Positions 1-11,415 of a DNA stretch of 64,000 nt are shown here, in pieces. A program made the position numbers and the translations under genes. The number at the start of each line of letters is the position of its first letter. Positions within the stretch are counted from its first letter, which is position 1. The notes below the pieces were generated by a model. The model did no database searches, had not been told where the DNA came from, and saw only the letters and a program-made list of their open reading frames with translations. Source of the stretch: Octopus vulgaris (lineage: Eukaryota); NCBI GenBank assembly GCA_951406725.2, contig OX597819.1, positions 55,242,001 through 55,306,000 on the forward strand. Reading direction: 5' to 3'.

Positions 1-207
1 CTTACCACACAGCCACATATCCTAGAAAGGGTGCCATATTTAATTAGCTTTAATTTTTTGTTTTTGGAAAATTCTATAATATTGGAGACATTGTAAATCA
101 TCTCAAATAGATAAATAATTTTAGGAGCAATTTTTCAAGTTAGGTACATACTTTATATTTGTGAGTGTGTGTGTATATATAAATGGTATCTTACCATAGC
201 CGCATAT

Positions 208-515
208 ACTGTAGCTTCAGGCCGACCAAAGCCTTGTAAGTGGATTTGGTAGAGAGAAACTGAAAGATGCCCATTGTGTGTGTATATATATACATACATA
301 TATATGTATTTACGTGTCTGTTTGTCCTTCCAGTGTTGCTTGACAACCGATGTTGGTGTGTGTCAACGTCCCTGTAACTTAGTGGTTTGGCAAAAAAGAG
401 ACTGATAGAATAAGTACTAGGCTTACAAAGAATAAGTCCTGCGGTTGATTTGCTTGATTAAAAGTAGTGCTCCAGCATGGCTGCAGTCAAATGACTAAAA
501 CAAGTAAAAGAATAT
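208..515 (+). mobile_element. SINE family A copy, 5'-truncated, with internal (TG/TA)n
   Basis: Matches the family seen many times in the window: ccaaagccttgtgagtggatttggtaga..gaaactgaaagaagccc-(microsatellite)-gatagaataagtactaggcttacaaagaataagtcctg..ctccagcatggc..gactgaaacaagtaaaaga. Confidence 0.85.
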
Positions 516-879
516 AAAAACGGTAAGTAGCCTGTATTATTGTAAAACTTTAAAATGAACGCTAGAATATTTGCAGCCGGGTAACAAATTATAAAAGCTG
601 AAAAAAAGTTCAAAGTCTTTCTTGTTTCTTTTTTGTTCTTGCACCAAAGTAATTACGGTGGGATGGGAGCAGTTATAACCCAAAGAGAGAATTTGTAGGC
701 CTGACAAACAACAGATGGCAAATTTTACATACATACATATCACACAAGTGCAGTCAGAAGCATACAAGCCTTTTTGACAGATCATATTCTTTATGCAAAT
801 GCATTTGTATGCATGTTGCTAAATTTACAATACTTGACAATAAATTCCTGACACCTATAAAGATAATGGTTAGCCCACA

Positions 880-1122
880 TTACTCCATAAAGTGCATAGG
901 GCCAGTTTCCTGGGTTTTTTTGGCATATATATTAGTCCCTGGACTGGATACCAGTCCATTGCAGATTTACTCATTTTTACCAGCTGGGTTGATTGGAGCA
1001 ACGTGAAATGAAGTATTCTACTCGAGAACATAACACATAGCCTGATCCAGGAATCAAAACTGCAATCTTATGATTATGAATCCAGCAGTCTAACCACTAA
1101 ACCATGCAGCCATGCACCTCCA
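880..1122 (-). mobile_element. SINE family C (tRNA-like head, CORE-like and V-like segments)
   Basis: Reverse complement aligns with the copies at 39443-39681 and 56294-56542 (tggtttagtggttaga.. head, tgttctcgagtagaatacttcatttcacgttgctcc, atggactggtatccagtccaggg). Confidence 0.75.
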
Positions 1123-1715
1123 CTATAAAGATAGTAATACATACAATCTGATTATTTGTCTTTGTCCATCGGTGGATGATAAGGACCATGTAGCCAACCA
1201 TGATAAAGGGATGAAGAATGACTGATGAATTGCATGGTGACTTTCAATAAAGTGAAGAAAGTTACACATAGTCAGCCTCACTCTCTTGTGACCATCTTCA
1301 ATCCAATGGTAAGACCAAGTCAATACGCCTAGGGATGGAGAGAGATGCAGTAGATGACTAAGATGTCTTACTTGCTTCATCTTGCTCTCTGCACTTCACA
1401 ATGCATTGCTGCAACCACCCTTCCTTTCCACTGTATTGTGAAAGTTTCTTCCACAAAGCTCACCAGATCCAAACTAATCTGATTTGTATCTAGCCATAGA
1501 AACAAAGCCCAAAATGCTGAAAGTTATCCAGCCATAGAAACCAAGCCCAAAATGCAACTTGTGGGTAAGATGGGAGTCCCTAACTCATCTAGGAGAGCAG
1601 AAACAAAACCTGTCCAACCCATGCCAGAATAGAAAGTAGATATAGAATGGAAATGAGGACCTGATTTTAACTGCAGTGAAGTTGAATAAGACAAAATCTT
1701 GGTTATTTAGTTATT

Positions 1716-1983
1716 ATCTTTTACTCGTTTCAGTTATTAGACAGGTCATGCTGGGGGCACTGCCTGGAAGAGTTCAGTGAAATGAATCAATCCCAGTACT
1801 TACTTTTAAGCCTGATACTTATTCTATCAGCCTCTTTCACTAAACAGCTAAGCTACAGGGACATAAAGAAACCAACACCTATTGTCAGGAAATGGCAAGG
1901 GATAAATACACACAGACACACACACACATGATAGGCTTCCTCACAACTTCTGTCCACTAAATTCACTCATAAGGCATTGGTCA
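1716..1983 (-). mobile_element. SINE family A 3' half (more diverged copy)
   Basis: Reverse complement of the family A tail (ttttactcgtttcagttatt...tacttattctatc...aaattcactcataaggcattggtca). Confidence 0.8.
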
Positions 1984-1989
1984 TTCACA

Positions 1990-2033
1990 GGCTGACCAAT
2001 ACCTTGTGAATTACAAACAGCAGAAGATATATA

Positions 2034-2077
<44 letters not shown>

Positions 2078-2292
2078 TGTGTGTGTGTGCATGTTTGTGT
2101 GCCTCTGTTTGTTCCCTACCAACATCGCTTGGTGTGTTTACGTCCCCGTAATTTAGCAGTTCGGCAAAATAGACTGATAGAATAAGTACTAGGCTTACAA
2201 AGAATAAGTCCTGGGGTCGATTTGCTCGACTAAAGGCAGTGCTCCAGCATGGGCACAGTCACATGACTGAAACAAGTAAAAGAGTAAAAGAG
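1990..2292 (+). mobile_element. SINE family A 3' half (less diverged copy)
   Basis: gatagaataagtactaggcttacaaagaataagtcctggggtcgatttgctcgactaaaggc...aacaagtaaaagagtaaaagag tail. Confidence 0.85.
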
Positions 2293-2624
2293 TTTATACA
2301 GTGTGTGATGCATTTTCATTCACAGACTCTTGGTTTATATATTCATTCTTACACACACATTGAGAATCATATAAGTGTGTGGATGATTATGTACACATGC
2401 ACATAATGTGTGTGCATATACATATACATATATATATGTGTATGTAGTTGGCAACAGATCAAATTTCCATGTATTGTTTGCTCATCAAATTTCGATGAGT
2501 TTGTGATTATTATCGCTTATATATTGTTATACAGCTTCCCCCTATCTTAACTGATTCAATGATTTGAAACTCAAAATCATGATTAAAGAATCTCCAGCAT
2601 CTAATAAAATATAAGTGGATGATA

Positions 2625-2852
2625 CTTTTATATAGAAATATAATATTTATCATATATAATATTTTAATATAGAAATATATTTATCATATATAATATTTTT
2701 ATATAGAAATATAATATTAATCCTTTATAATATTTTTATATAGAAATAAAATATTTATGATATATAATATTTTTATAACAAAATATATTTATCATATATA
2801 ATATTTTTATATAGAAACACAATATTATCATATATAATACTTTTTATATAGA
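2625..2852. repeat. AT-rich minisatellite, unit about 35-40 bp, about 6 degenerate copies
   Basis: Recurrent unit tttttatatagaaatataatatttatcatatataata. Confidence 0.85.
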
Positions 2853-3394
2853 ATTAATTAACGTTTGCATTGCTCTCAAAAATCTAAAATACATACATCA
2901 AAACATGAACACGAAAGAATCTCTTGCTCAAGAAATCAATGGTATCAGATATTCCATAAGAAAATAATTATCCCATGTGACCATGAAAGACAGGAAAGAA
3001 ATCAGATGAACAGAAACAAAAAAAACAACAATAATAACAGAGTAAATGAATAAATGACAATGTTATGAAGCCATCATATATATTACAATAATACAAGTAT
3101 GACTCAGAATATGGTTGCTGAGTTATTTACTTGTTAATTCACGCTTCATGCAGAACAGTGCAAAAGATCAAATATGTTGATGTGTACAGCCACTAAGACT
3201 GACAATTTATCTGTGACCTGAGGGGACTATCATATACAACTAAACATAAAAACTGACCAATGGGAAGAATCGGCTAAATCACTGATAGTATTGCTCTCCA
3301 TTTCATGTTGCATGCATAAACAGTAAAATTCTACATAGATAATGGCGGTGCTCCAGCATGGCCACAGTCATTGGACTGAAACATATAAAAATAT

Positions 3395-3800
3395 GGATAT
3401 GTGGTAAGAAGCTTGCTTCCCAAACCACATGGTCCTGGGTTCAGTTTCACTGCATGGCACCTTGGGCAAGTGTCTTCTACAATAGTCTAAGGCCAAGCAA
3501 AGCTTTGTAAGTGGATTTGGTAGATGGAAACTGAAAGAACCATATCATGTGTGTGTGTGTGTGTGTGTGCGTGTGTGTCTATATGTGTGTCTTTGTGTCT
3601 GTGTTTGTCTTACTCATTACCAGTTGACAACCAGTGTTGGTGTGCTTACATCCCCATAACTTAGCGGTTTGGCAAAAGAGCCTGACAGGAATAAGTCCTA
3701 AGCTTAAAAAATAAGCCCTGGTGTTGATTTGTTTGACTAAAACCCCTTCAAGGCAGTGCTCCAGCATGGCCACAATCAAATGACTAAAACGAGTAAAAGA
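3395..3800 (+). mobile_element. SINE family A, near full length
   Basis: tRNA-like head (gtggtaagaagcttgcttcc..ggttcagtttc), body, (TG)n and the family tail. Confidence 0.85.
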
Positions 3801-4236
3801 CACACACACACACACATACACATACTTCTTTCATGTTATAACAATTCTGTATAAAACTAACCTTGGATTTTAAAACGTTCATGACTTTAAGAGCAGGTAT
3901 GATTGTATGATTAAGAAGCTCACTTCATAACTATGTGCTCTAAGGAAACAAACAAGCCCACTTGTATGACAAAACCAAGTGTGTGGTAACTTTGAGCAAA
4001 TGCCTTCTCCATGGTAACCTGAGGCGTCACCAATGCCTTATGAGTGGAACAGTAAACTGAAACTGTGATGAAGCCTACATGTGAGTATGCAATTTTCTCC
4101 CCCCCATTCTATCTCTCTTTATATATATACCTTTCAGTTTATTTCTCCTTTCGCCTCGGTGTCACCCGAGCACTTCCAGCCTGCAGTCCTATTTTTATTT
4201 TTGCTCTTCGGTTTAACAAAGTTATAAAATTATCCT

Positions 4237-4278
<42 letters not shown>

Positions 4279-4279
<1 letters not shown>

Positions 4280-4643
4280 GTATAGTATATTTGCCACGTA
4301 AATCTGGCTAACCACTAAGGGTGGATGCTACTGTAGCTTATAGCCCCAGGCGAACATCTTCTTCAGCTGGCTATTGACACACTTTCTGTACCCTATCAGT
4401 ATTTGCAAACGGTAGCCATCCTTCCCATCGTCGACTTGACGTGATATGCAAGGACCCGGGTTTCTGAGTATTTACCCATTGTTGGCACACGACAATCACT
4501 GGTCTTCGATGCGAAGGGGTCCCAATGCAAATACATATATCCTTTTTCCAGTGACAAAAAGTCACTGATCTCAAAAAAGTGTAAACAAGCAATAATAAAT
4601 CTCTTAGTGGTTAGCCACATTTAAGTGACAAATATACTTCACA
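4279..4643. mobile_element. Non-autonomous TIR element (MITE) with about 36-41 bp TIRs and TGT...ACA termini
   Basis: 4284-4319 agtatatttgccacgtaaatctggctaaccactaag matches the reverse complement of 4603-4638 at 33/36. A second partial copy lies at about 33308-33405. No TSD is visible. Confidence 0.8.
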
Positions 4644-4943
4644 TTGTCATGCAGCTACTGTTTATACCTCGTTCAGAGATTTATTATATATATATATATA
4701 TATGTGTATATCATCATTATCATTTAAGATACATTTTCCCATGTTTCCATGGATCAGATGAAATTTGTTGAGGTAGATTTTCTATGGACGGATGTCCTTC
4801 ATGTTACCAACTCTGACCTGTTTCTAAGCAAGGTAATATTTTTCCATGGCCAAACAGAAGACTGCAAACAACTATCATTTACAATCATCACACGATGTGA
4901 AGATAAGGATACACACACACATAGATGTATGTATGTATGTGTG

Positions 4944-4994
<51 letters not shown>

Positions 4995-4999
<5 letters not shown>

Positions 5000-5355
5000 C
5001 CCTTACTTGTTTCAGTCAATAGACTGCAGCCATGCAGGGGCAACACTTTGAAAAATGTTTTAGTTGAACTTACTAACCACAGTACTTAATATATTTTTTT
5101 GTATGGCCCGTACTTATTTTGTCAGTCTCTTTTACCAAACCACAAAGTTACAGGGCTGTAAATACACCAACACTGGTTCACACACACACACACACGATGG
5201 GCTTCTTTCAGTTTCCGTCTACCATATCTACTCATAAAGCTTTGGTCAGCCTGACTCTATAGTAGAAAACACTTGCCCAAGGTGCTACACAATGGGACTG
5301 AACCCAGAACCATGTAGTTGGGATGCAATCTTCTTATCACACAGCCATGCCTATA
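4995..5355 (-). mobile_element. SINE family A, near full length
   Basis: Reverse complement of the family A head and tail, set between (TA)n tracts. Confidence 0.85.
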
Positions 5356-5376
5356 TCTATCTATCTATCTATCTAT

Positions 5377-5424
<48 letters not shown>

Positions 5425-5468
5425 GTATGTATGTATGTATGTATGTGTTTTTTTTTTTTTTTTTTTAT

Positions 5469-5526
<58 letters not shown>

Positions 5527-6191
5527 TGATAGATACATATATGACAGGCTTCTTTCAGTTTCTGTTGACTGAAGCCAAGACCAAAATGGTTGCTAAGCAA
5601 AACTGCTTAATTGCATAGGCACACCTGCGCCTACATAAGATGTGAATATGTCGGCATGTATAGTTAAATGGAATATTGAATAAAATATATTGGATGTCAT
5701 GTACAAATTAAAGCTGAGACGTTATTAATATAACTAGTTGTAGCACATCAGGCATTAGCGTGCAAATGCAGATTGGAGGAAGTCAAACCTATTTCCTGAT
5801 ATGGATGAATACCATTCTAATGGAGAATTGAAATTCAAGAAGCTTGCATAAGAAGGTATTTTCTGTTATTGGTTTCTATGGTAACTAAATGGGATGTGAC
5901 TGAATTGAAAATAGTAATTACATTTGACATAATATTTACTGTTATGTGCAAAAAACTGTTCTTAAACCAATGAACCAGAAAAAGAGACCAAAAAAAAAAA
6001 AAAATTTTATGATTTGGCCACTAATGATCAGTAAATGCTGTAAACACAATACTAATGATATTATGTTTATATCTCAACAATATGTTTGTGTGTACATGTG
6101 TGTGTGTGTGTGCACATGTTTGTTGGTGTCTCATTAGATACATGAAAATATTTTATATCATTAGTATATATTACAATTTTTGCATTTATTT

Positions 6192-6244
<53 letters not shown>

Positions 6245-6539
6245 TACACAAATGCATGTGTATGTATGTATGTATGTATGTATGTGTATATATGTAAAAT
6301 TCACAGCATGTATCAAGATTAAATTAAATGAAAATATATTTTGTATTTTACTTTTTTTCTTTTTCACCTAATTGCAAAGATTAAAAATGAAAATGAAGAG
6401 AGAAGTTAAATTTATTATTATCAAGTCCAGTTTTGAATAATCTTTCTTCTATAGAATAAAAATTTCATCAGAAAAGAATTTGCAATTAAGTTTTCAAATT
6501 CAGCTTGAAACTATCTTACTGCTGCTGCTACTACGGCTG

Positions 6540-6581
<42 letters not shown>

Positions 6582-6780
6582 TATATTGTTATCTTCTAGT
6601 CAGGAAGGAAGGCAATGCCCATGGCCTTTTGAAGGGCCTCCAAGATTAGTGGAGGGAGGGAGGAAGGGATCCCCCAAAATGGGGATCTGGCTTGAATGTT
6701 TGTGAGTCTCTTCCACCACACTGGATTGGTCCTTATTTTGATTAGCCTCAATGTATTGCATCTTTCCAGTGGTTCACTTC

Positions 6781-6962
6781 AGGTGCAGGCATAGCAGTGC
6801 AATTAAGAAGCTTGTTTCCAAAACAGATGGTTTCGAGTTCAGTTCCACTGAATGGCAACTTCAGTAAATGTCTTCTTCCAGCTATAGCCATGACCAAAGT
6901 CTTGTCAGTGAATTTGGAAGACAGAAACTGAAAGAAGCCCATCATATGTGTACAGATATGTA

Positions 6963-7002
<40 letters not shown>

Positions 7003-7370
7003 TGTGTGCGTGTGTGTATGTGTGTGTGAGTGCATGTATATATGTGTGTATGAGTGTATGTATGTGTGTGTATATGTGTATGTATGTATATGTGTGTGTG
7101 TGTGAGTGCACGTTTAGGCATTAATGTATGAATGTCTGTATGTATATGTGTTTGAGGGTGGGTGTTATCTTGTTTTGGCATTCTGTGATAGTTGTAAACA
7201 AGCATAATTCCTACCCAAGCTCCCGTGAAAAACATGTCTGCAAACAGATGAAGGTTATCAACAGAAAAGGCACCCAGCTGTAGAAAAACGGCTTCCACAA
7301 ATTCTGTCAGACAGATGCAAGCGCAGAAAAGTGAACATTAAAACAATCATGATGATAATGATGATGATGA
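6781..7370 (+). mobile_element. SINE family G: family-A head, microsatellite, then RTE-type 3' tail
   Basis: Family A head to gaaactgaaagaagccc, then (TG)n, then aaggcacccagctgtagaaaa..atgcaagc..(gat)n. Same layout at 23670-24060; the reverse orientation occurs at about 8650-9060. Confidence 0.7.
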
Positions 7371-7672
7371 CTAAGATCACATGTTATTTTGCAATATATC
7401 AATCAGCTGTGTGAATAAATGCTGCAGTTGCAATTTGAACCCATAGCATGAATTTTTGTTTATTAGCAAAGTAAATTTCAGACATTTGAGAATCACATCA
7501 GAGCATAACCAATCCTATCATTATACCTATGGCGTTCCAACTAAAACATATATCATGGATAAACAGGCATTCCGGTGCTTCATAGATATCAACAATCCAA
7601 TGATTAATTGATATGGCTGAAACTTCCTTTATTTCAGATGCGTAAACAAGATAGCTTTTTAAAGTTCTTATA

Positions 7673-8088
7673 GGTGCAGGAGTGGCTGTGTGGTAAGTAG
7701 CTTGCTTACCAACCACATGGTTCCGGGTTCATTCCCACTACATGGCACCTTAGGCAAGTGTCTTCTACTATAGCCTTGGGTCGACCAAAGCCTTGTGAGT
7801 GGATTTGGAAGACAGAAACTGAAAGGAGCCTAAGGCGGCGAGCTGGCAGAAACGTTAGCACGCTGGGCGAAATGCTTAGCAGTATTTCATCTGCCGTTAT
7901 GTTCTGAGTTCAAATTCTGCCGAGGTTGACTTTGCCTTTCATCCTTTCGCGGTCGATAAATTAAGTACCAGTTACACACTGGGGTCGATCCAAATGGCTT
8001 AATCCCTTTGTCTGTCCTTGTTTGTCCCCACTATGTTTAGCCCCTTGTGGGCAATAAAGAAATAAGAAACTGAAAGAAGCCTGTTGTA

Positions 8089-8133
<45 letters not shown>

Positions 8134-8340
8134 ATATGTTTGTGTGTCTGTGTTTGTCCCCCCAACATTGCTTGACCGATGCTGGTGTGTTTACGTCCCT
8201 GTAACTTAGCGGTTCAGCAAAAGAGACTAATAGAATAAGTACTAGGCTTACAAAGAATAAGTCCTGGGGTCAATTTGTTCATCTAAAAGCGGTACTCCAG
8301 CATGGCCGCAGTCAAATGACTGAAACAAGTAAAAGAGAGA
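7673..8340 (+). mobile_element. Full-length SINE family A interrupted by a family B SINE
   Basis: Head gcaggagtggctgtgtggtaagtagcttgcttaccaaccacatggttccgggttcattccc has tRNA A-box and B-box-like motifs, and the family tail ends at 8340. Confidence 0.9.
7832..8064 (+). mobile_element. Full-length SINE family B (tRNA-like head, Meta-domain-like body) with 18-bp TSD
   Basis: Flanked by agaaactgaaaggagcct (7814-7831) and agaaactgaaagaagcct (8065-8082), 17/18 identical. The body gcctttcatcctttcgcggtcgataaattaagtaccag resembles the MetaSINE domain (recalled, not aligned). Confidence 0.9.
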
Positions 8341-9118
8341 TATACTATAGATATTAGAGCCAGTACTAGTTGATACCGTGCTGGCTCTAATTTCTATAGA
8401 ATGTCTGTAGAGATAACTTTAAGATGTGAATTTGTAACACTGCTAACACAGGTGAGGCACAGTATTGAGTTATATAAACCTTTCACATACTTGGTGGTAT
8501 ATCATGGTTGCAAAACGAAGTGCAGTGTCCATACCAGCAATTCATAAACAAAATAAGTACATGCTTGTATATATCATACATGTTTTTTGAAGGAATGGGT
8601 TGTGGGAGAGAGACTGTCTGGAAATATCATCACCATCACCACCACCACCATCAGTATCATCATCATCATCATCATCTTTTTAATGTCAACTTTTCCATGC
8701 TTGCATGGGTGAGACAAGAGCACTTTGGGACAGAGCTTCTGTGACTGGATGCTCTTCCTGTTGCCAACCTCCTCTTGTTTCCAAGTGGGGTAGTAATCTT
8801 CCAGTTTATTAAACAACAAATTGTTCAGGCATGTTTCATGCAGAGAAATGGAAATAAAGGATGCACTATGAATGAATGAATGAGCCTTTCGTTTACAAAG
8901 CTCGTGCAGCACGTCAAGGCATGTAAAGAAGCTACCGTTTACAAACCAGTAAAAACCAAGGGAAATACAAACTTGCACAAACGCACAGACAGACAGTGAG
9001 ATAGATATGATAGGTTTCTTTCAATTTCTGCCTACCAAATCCACTCACAAGGCTTTGTGAGTGAATGTGACATTTCTTCTCCCCTTAAATTTCTGTCTTT
9101 GAGTCTAAATCAAAAGCC

Positions 9119-9166
<48 letters not shown>

Positions 9167-9587
9167 ATGATGATTATGATGATAATGATGATGATGTGGA
9201 GGAGAAGGAGTAGGAGGAGGAATAACAATAAAAAACAATTTCAATTCGTCTCAGAATGTGTAGATATATTCGCATATACTTTTTATCACAGAAATATTCG
9301 ATTTATTTTTATCATATTTTACAAAATAAAAGAATTTTATAAAACATTTAATGAAAAAACATAAATAATATAAGATAAAAAGTCAGTTATAAGAGTGTAT
9401 TTGAGATAACAGAGAACTGAACGTATATTTTAAGTTTAGATATACAATATTACTGACTTTCGAAAAGAGACAGTTTATTCTGGCATTTGCCATGAAATTT
9501 GAAAGAAAAAAAGCTTACCAGTTTACAATATCATATAACTGTGACCAGTTGACAATATCCTATACACATACATACATACGTATATGT

Positions 9588-9890
9588 GTGGAGGTGCAAT
9601 GGCTCAGTGGTTAGGGCAGTGGACTCGCGATCGGAGGATCGCGGTTTCGATTCCCAGACCAGGCGTTGTGTGTGTTTATTAAGCAAAAACACCTAACAGC
9701 TCCACGGGGCTCTGGCAAGGGGTGGTGGTGACCCCTGTTGTACTCTTTCGCCACAACTTTCTCTCACTCTCTCTTCTTGTTTCTTGGGTAACGCTGTGAT
9801 GGACTGGCGTCCCGTCCAGCTGAGGGGAACACATATGCCACAGAAACCGGGAAACTGGGCCCATGAGCCTGACTAGGCTTGAAAAGGGCA
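9588..9890 (+). mobile_element. SINE family C2 (tRNA-like head, V-domain-like segment)
   Basis: Head tggctcagtggttagggcagtggactcgcgatcggaggatcgcggtttcgattccc has A- and B-boxes, followed by gatggactggcgtcccgtccag. Homologous to 40180-40491. Confidence 0.85.
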
Positions 9891-10030
9891 ATGTTTTACG
9901 TATATATATATATATTCACATGCACATACATATAAAGACACACAAACACACATTTCCTAATTTCATTGACAAAATTTCTAACTCTAGAGATTTAATTAAT
10001 GCTCACTGTTATTATCCTTATAAAATCCTT

Positions 10031-10067
<37 letters not shown>

Positions 10068-10619
10068 TGGTGATTGCTTCATTTCATATGATAGCAATTT
10101 CTTTGTACTTTCTCATTGTCAATGACACTTCGACTTTCCATCCATGACCTCTCGGATGACTATTCACAAATCTGCACGGCTGTCAGCTGGTTAGCTCTGC
10201 ACCCATTGCCACTTTTTCATCACCATAGGACTTTTGGTTGAATGACTGAGAAATAAGGTTACCATAAAGAGACATCTGTGGGTCATTAGATTATAATGAT
10301 AAATGCTTGTACAACATGAGCTTGTGATTGGTACCTAGTGGCAGGCAATGAGATGACCAGTTATCATATGAAACCACAGGACACTTCTTAGAGAGTGTCC
10401 CTCTCCTAGAAGGAGGCTGTGACAGTAACCAGAGGTTTTTCACATCCACTGGTTTTATTGTGTACCCGGACACCAATTACATGGTAATTAACATACAGTT
10501 GAAACCCTGATAGTTGCTACTACTCTAGATCAGAGTAGTCCAGGGAACAACTGTGGATAAAAGGTGGTTACACACTCTACAAACCTTAGAACTCCTGAGC
10601 CCCACTAACCAGATGCAGT

Positions 10620-10765
10620 TTGACCCCTTAGTATTTAAACCAGCCATGTCTGGCCCAAATATTCTTTCTGTTTCATGTTCAAACTGACCAAATTCAACTT
10701 TTCATACCTATGAGATAATGCATGATTAACTCAAAACAATATGAATAAATAAGCATTACATTTGA
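10620..10765. mobile_element. Degenerate piggyBac-like MITE fragment (tentative)
   Basis: Begins ttgacccctta, resembling a decayed TTAA-CCCTT terminus. The other end is truncated by a SINE. Confidence 0.3.
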
Positions 10766-10769
10766 AAAA

Positions 10770-11090
10770 GTGAAGGTGCATGGCTGAGTGGTTAGAGCAC
10801 TGGGCTCACAATCATGAGGTAGTGAGTTCCATTCTAGGACTGGATTGTGTGTTGTGTTCTTGAGCAAGCCACTTTATTTCACACCACTCCAGTTCACTCA
10901 CTGTAGAAATGAGTTGTGACGTCATTGATGCTAAGCTGTATTGGCCTTTGTCTTTCCCTTGGACAACATCAGTGGCATGGAGAGGGGAGACTGCTATGCA
11001 TGGGCGACTGCTGGTCTTCCATAAACAACCTTACCCGCTGTTGTGCTTTGGAGGGGAACTTTCTAGGTGCAATCCCATGGTCATTCGTGA
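10770..11090 (+). mobile_element. SINE family D (tRNA-like head, CORE-like segment, distinct tail)
   Basis: Colinear with 39716-40057. Partial reverse copies at about 27505-27683 and 47780-47885. Confidence 0.85.
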
Positions 11091-11174
11091 TTGTGGCGTC
11101 GGCTACAGCAACAATTTCACTTGACTCAAAAGGTCTCTTAAAGCACAGAATATTGACAACTGAAAGGTACTCTT

Positions 11175-11415
11175 AAATGGGCCGGTTATGCGACACTGGC
11201 ATAGGCCATGGCTATGATCTCACTTGGCTTGCTGGGTCTTCTTAAGCACAGCATATCTCCAAAGATCTCAGTCATTTGTCATTGCCTCTATGAGGCCCAA
11301 TGTTCGAAGGTTGTGCTTCACCACCTCATCCCAGGTCTTCCTGGGTTTACCTCTTCCACAGATTCCCTCCAATGTTAGGGTGTGAAACTTCTTCACGCAG
11401 CTGTCCTCATCCATA
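11175..11415 (-). mobile_element. RTE-clade LINE fragment: ORF2 C-terminus plus start of 3' UTR
   Basis: Minus strand reads MDEDSCVKKFHTLTLEGICGRGKPRKTWDEVVKHNLRTLGLIEAMTND*DLWRYAVLKKTQQAK*, the typical RTE C-terminal pattern (G.R.RG.P...W...DR..WR). Confidence 0.8.

Noticed and set aside
2625-2852. Regularly spaced repeats as a possible CRISPR array (also 17160-17290 and 26506-26551)
   Set aside because: There are no unique spacers and no cas genes, and the context is eukaryotic. These are ordinary minisatellites.
9588-9665. tRNA-like sequences at SINE heads (also 39716, 40180, 7673)
   Set aside because: They have A/B-box-like motifs but no complete cloverleaf, and they continue into SINE bodies with TSDs, so they are not tRNA genes.
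10917-10924. Perfect CRE TGACGTCA (another at 46170-46177)
   Set aside because: The first lies within a SINE D body, and one or two 8-mers in 64 kb are expected by chance.
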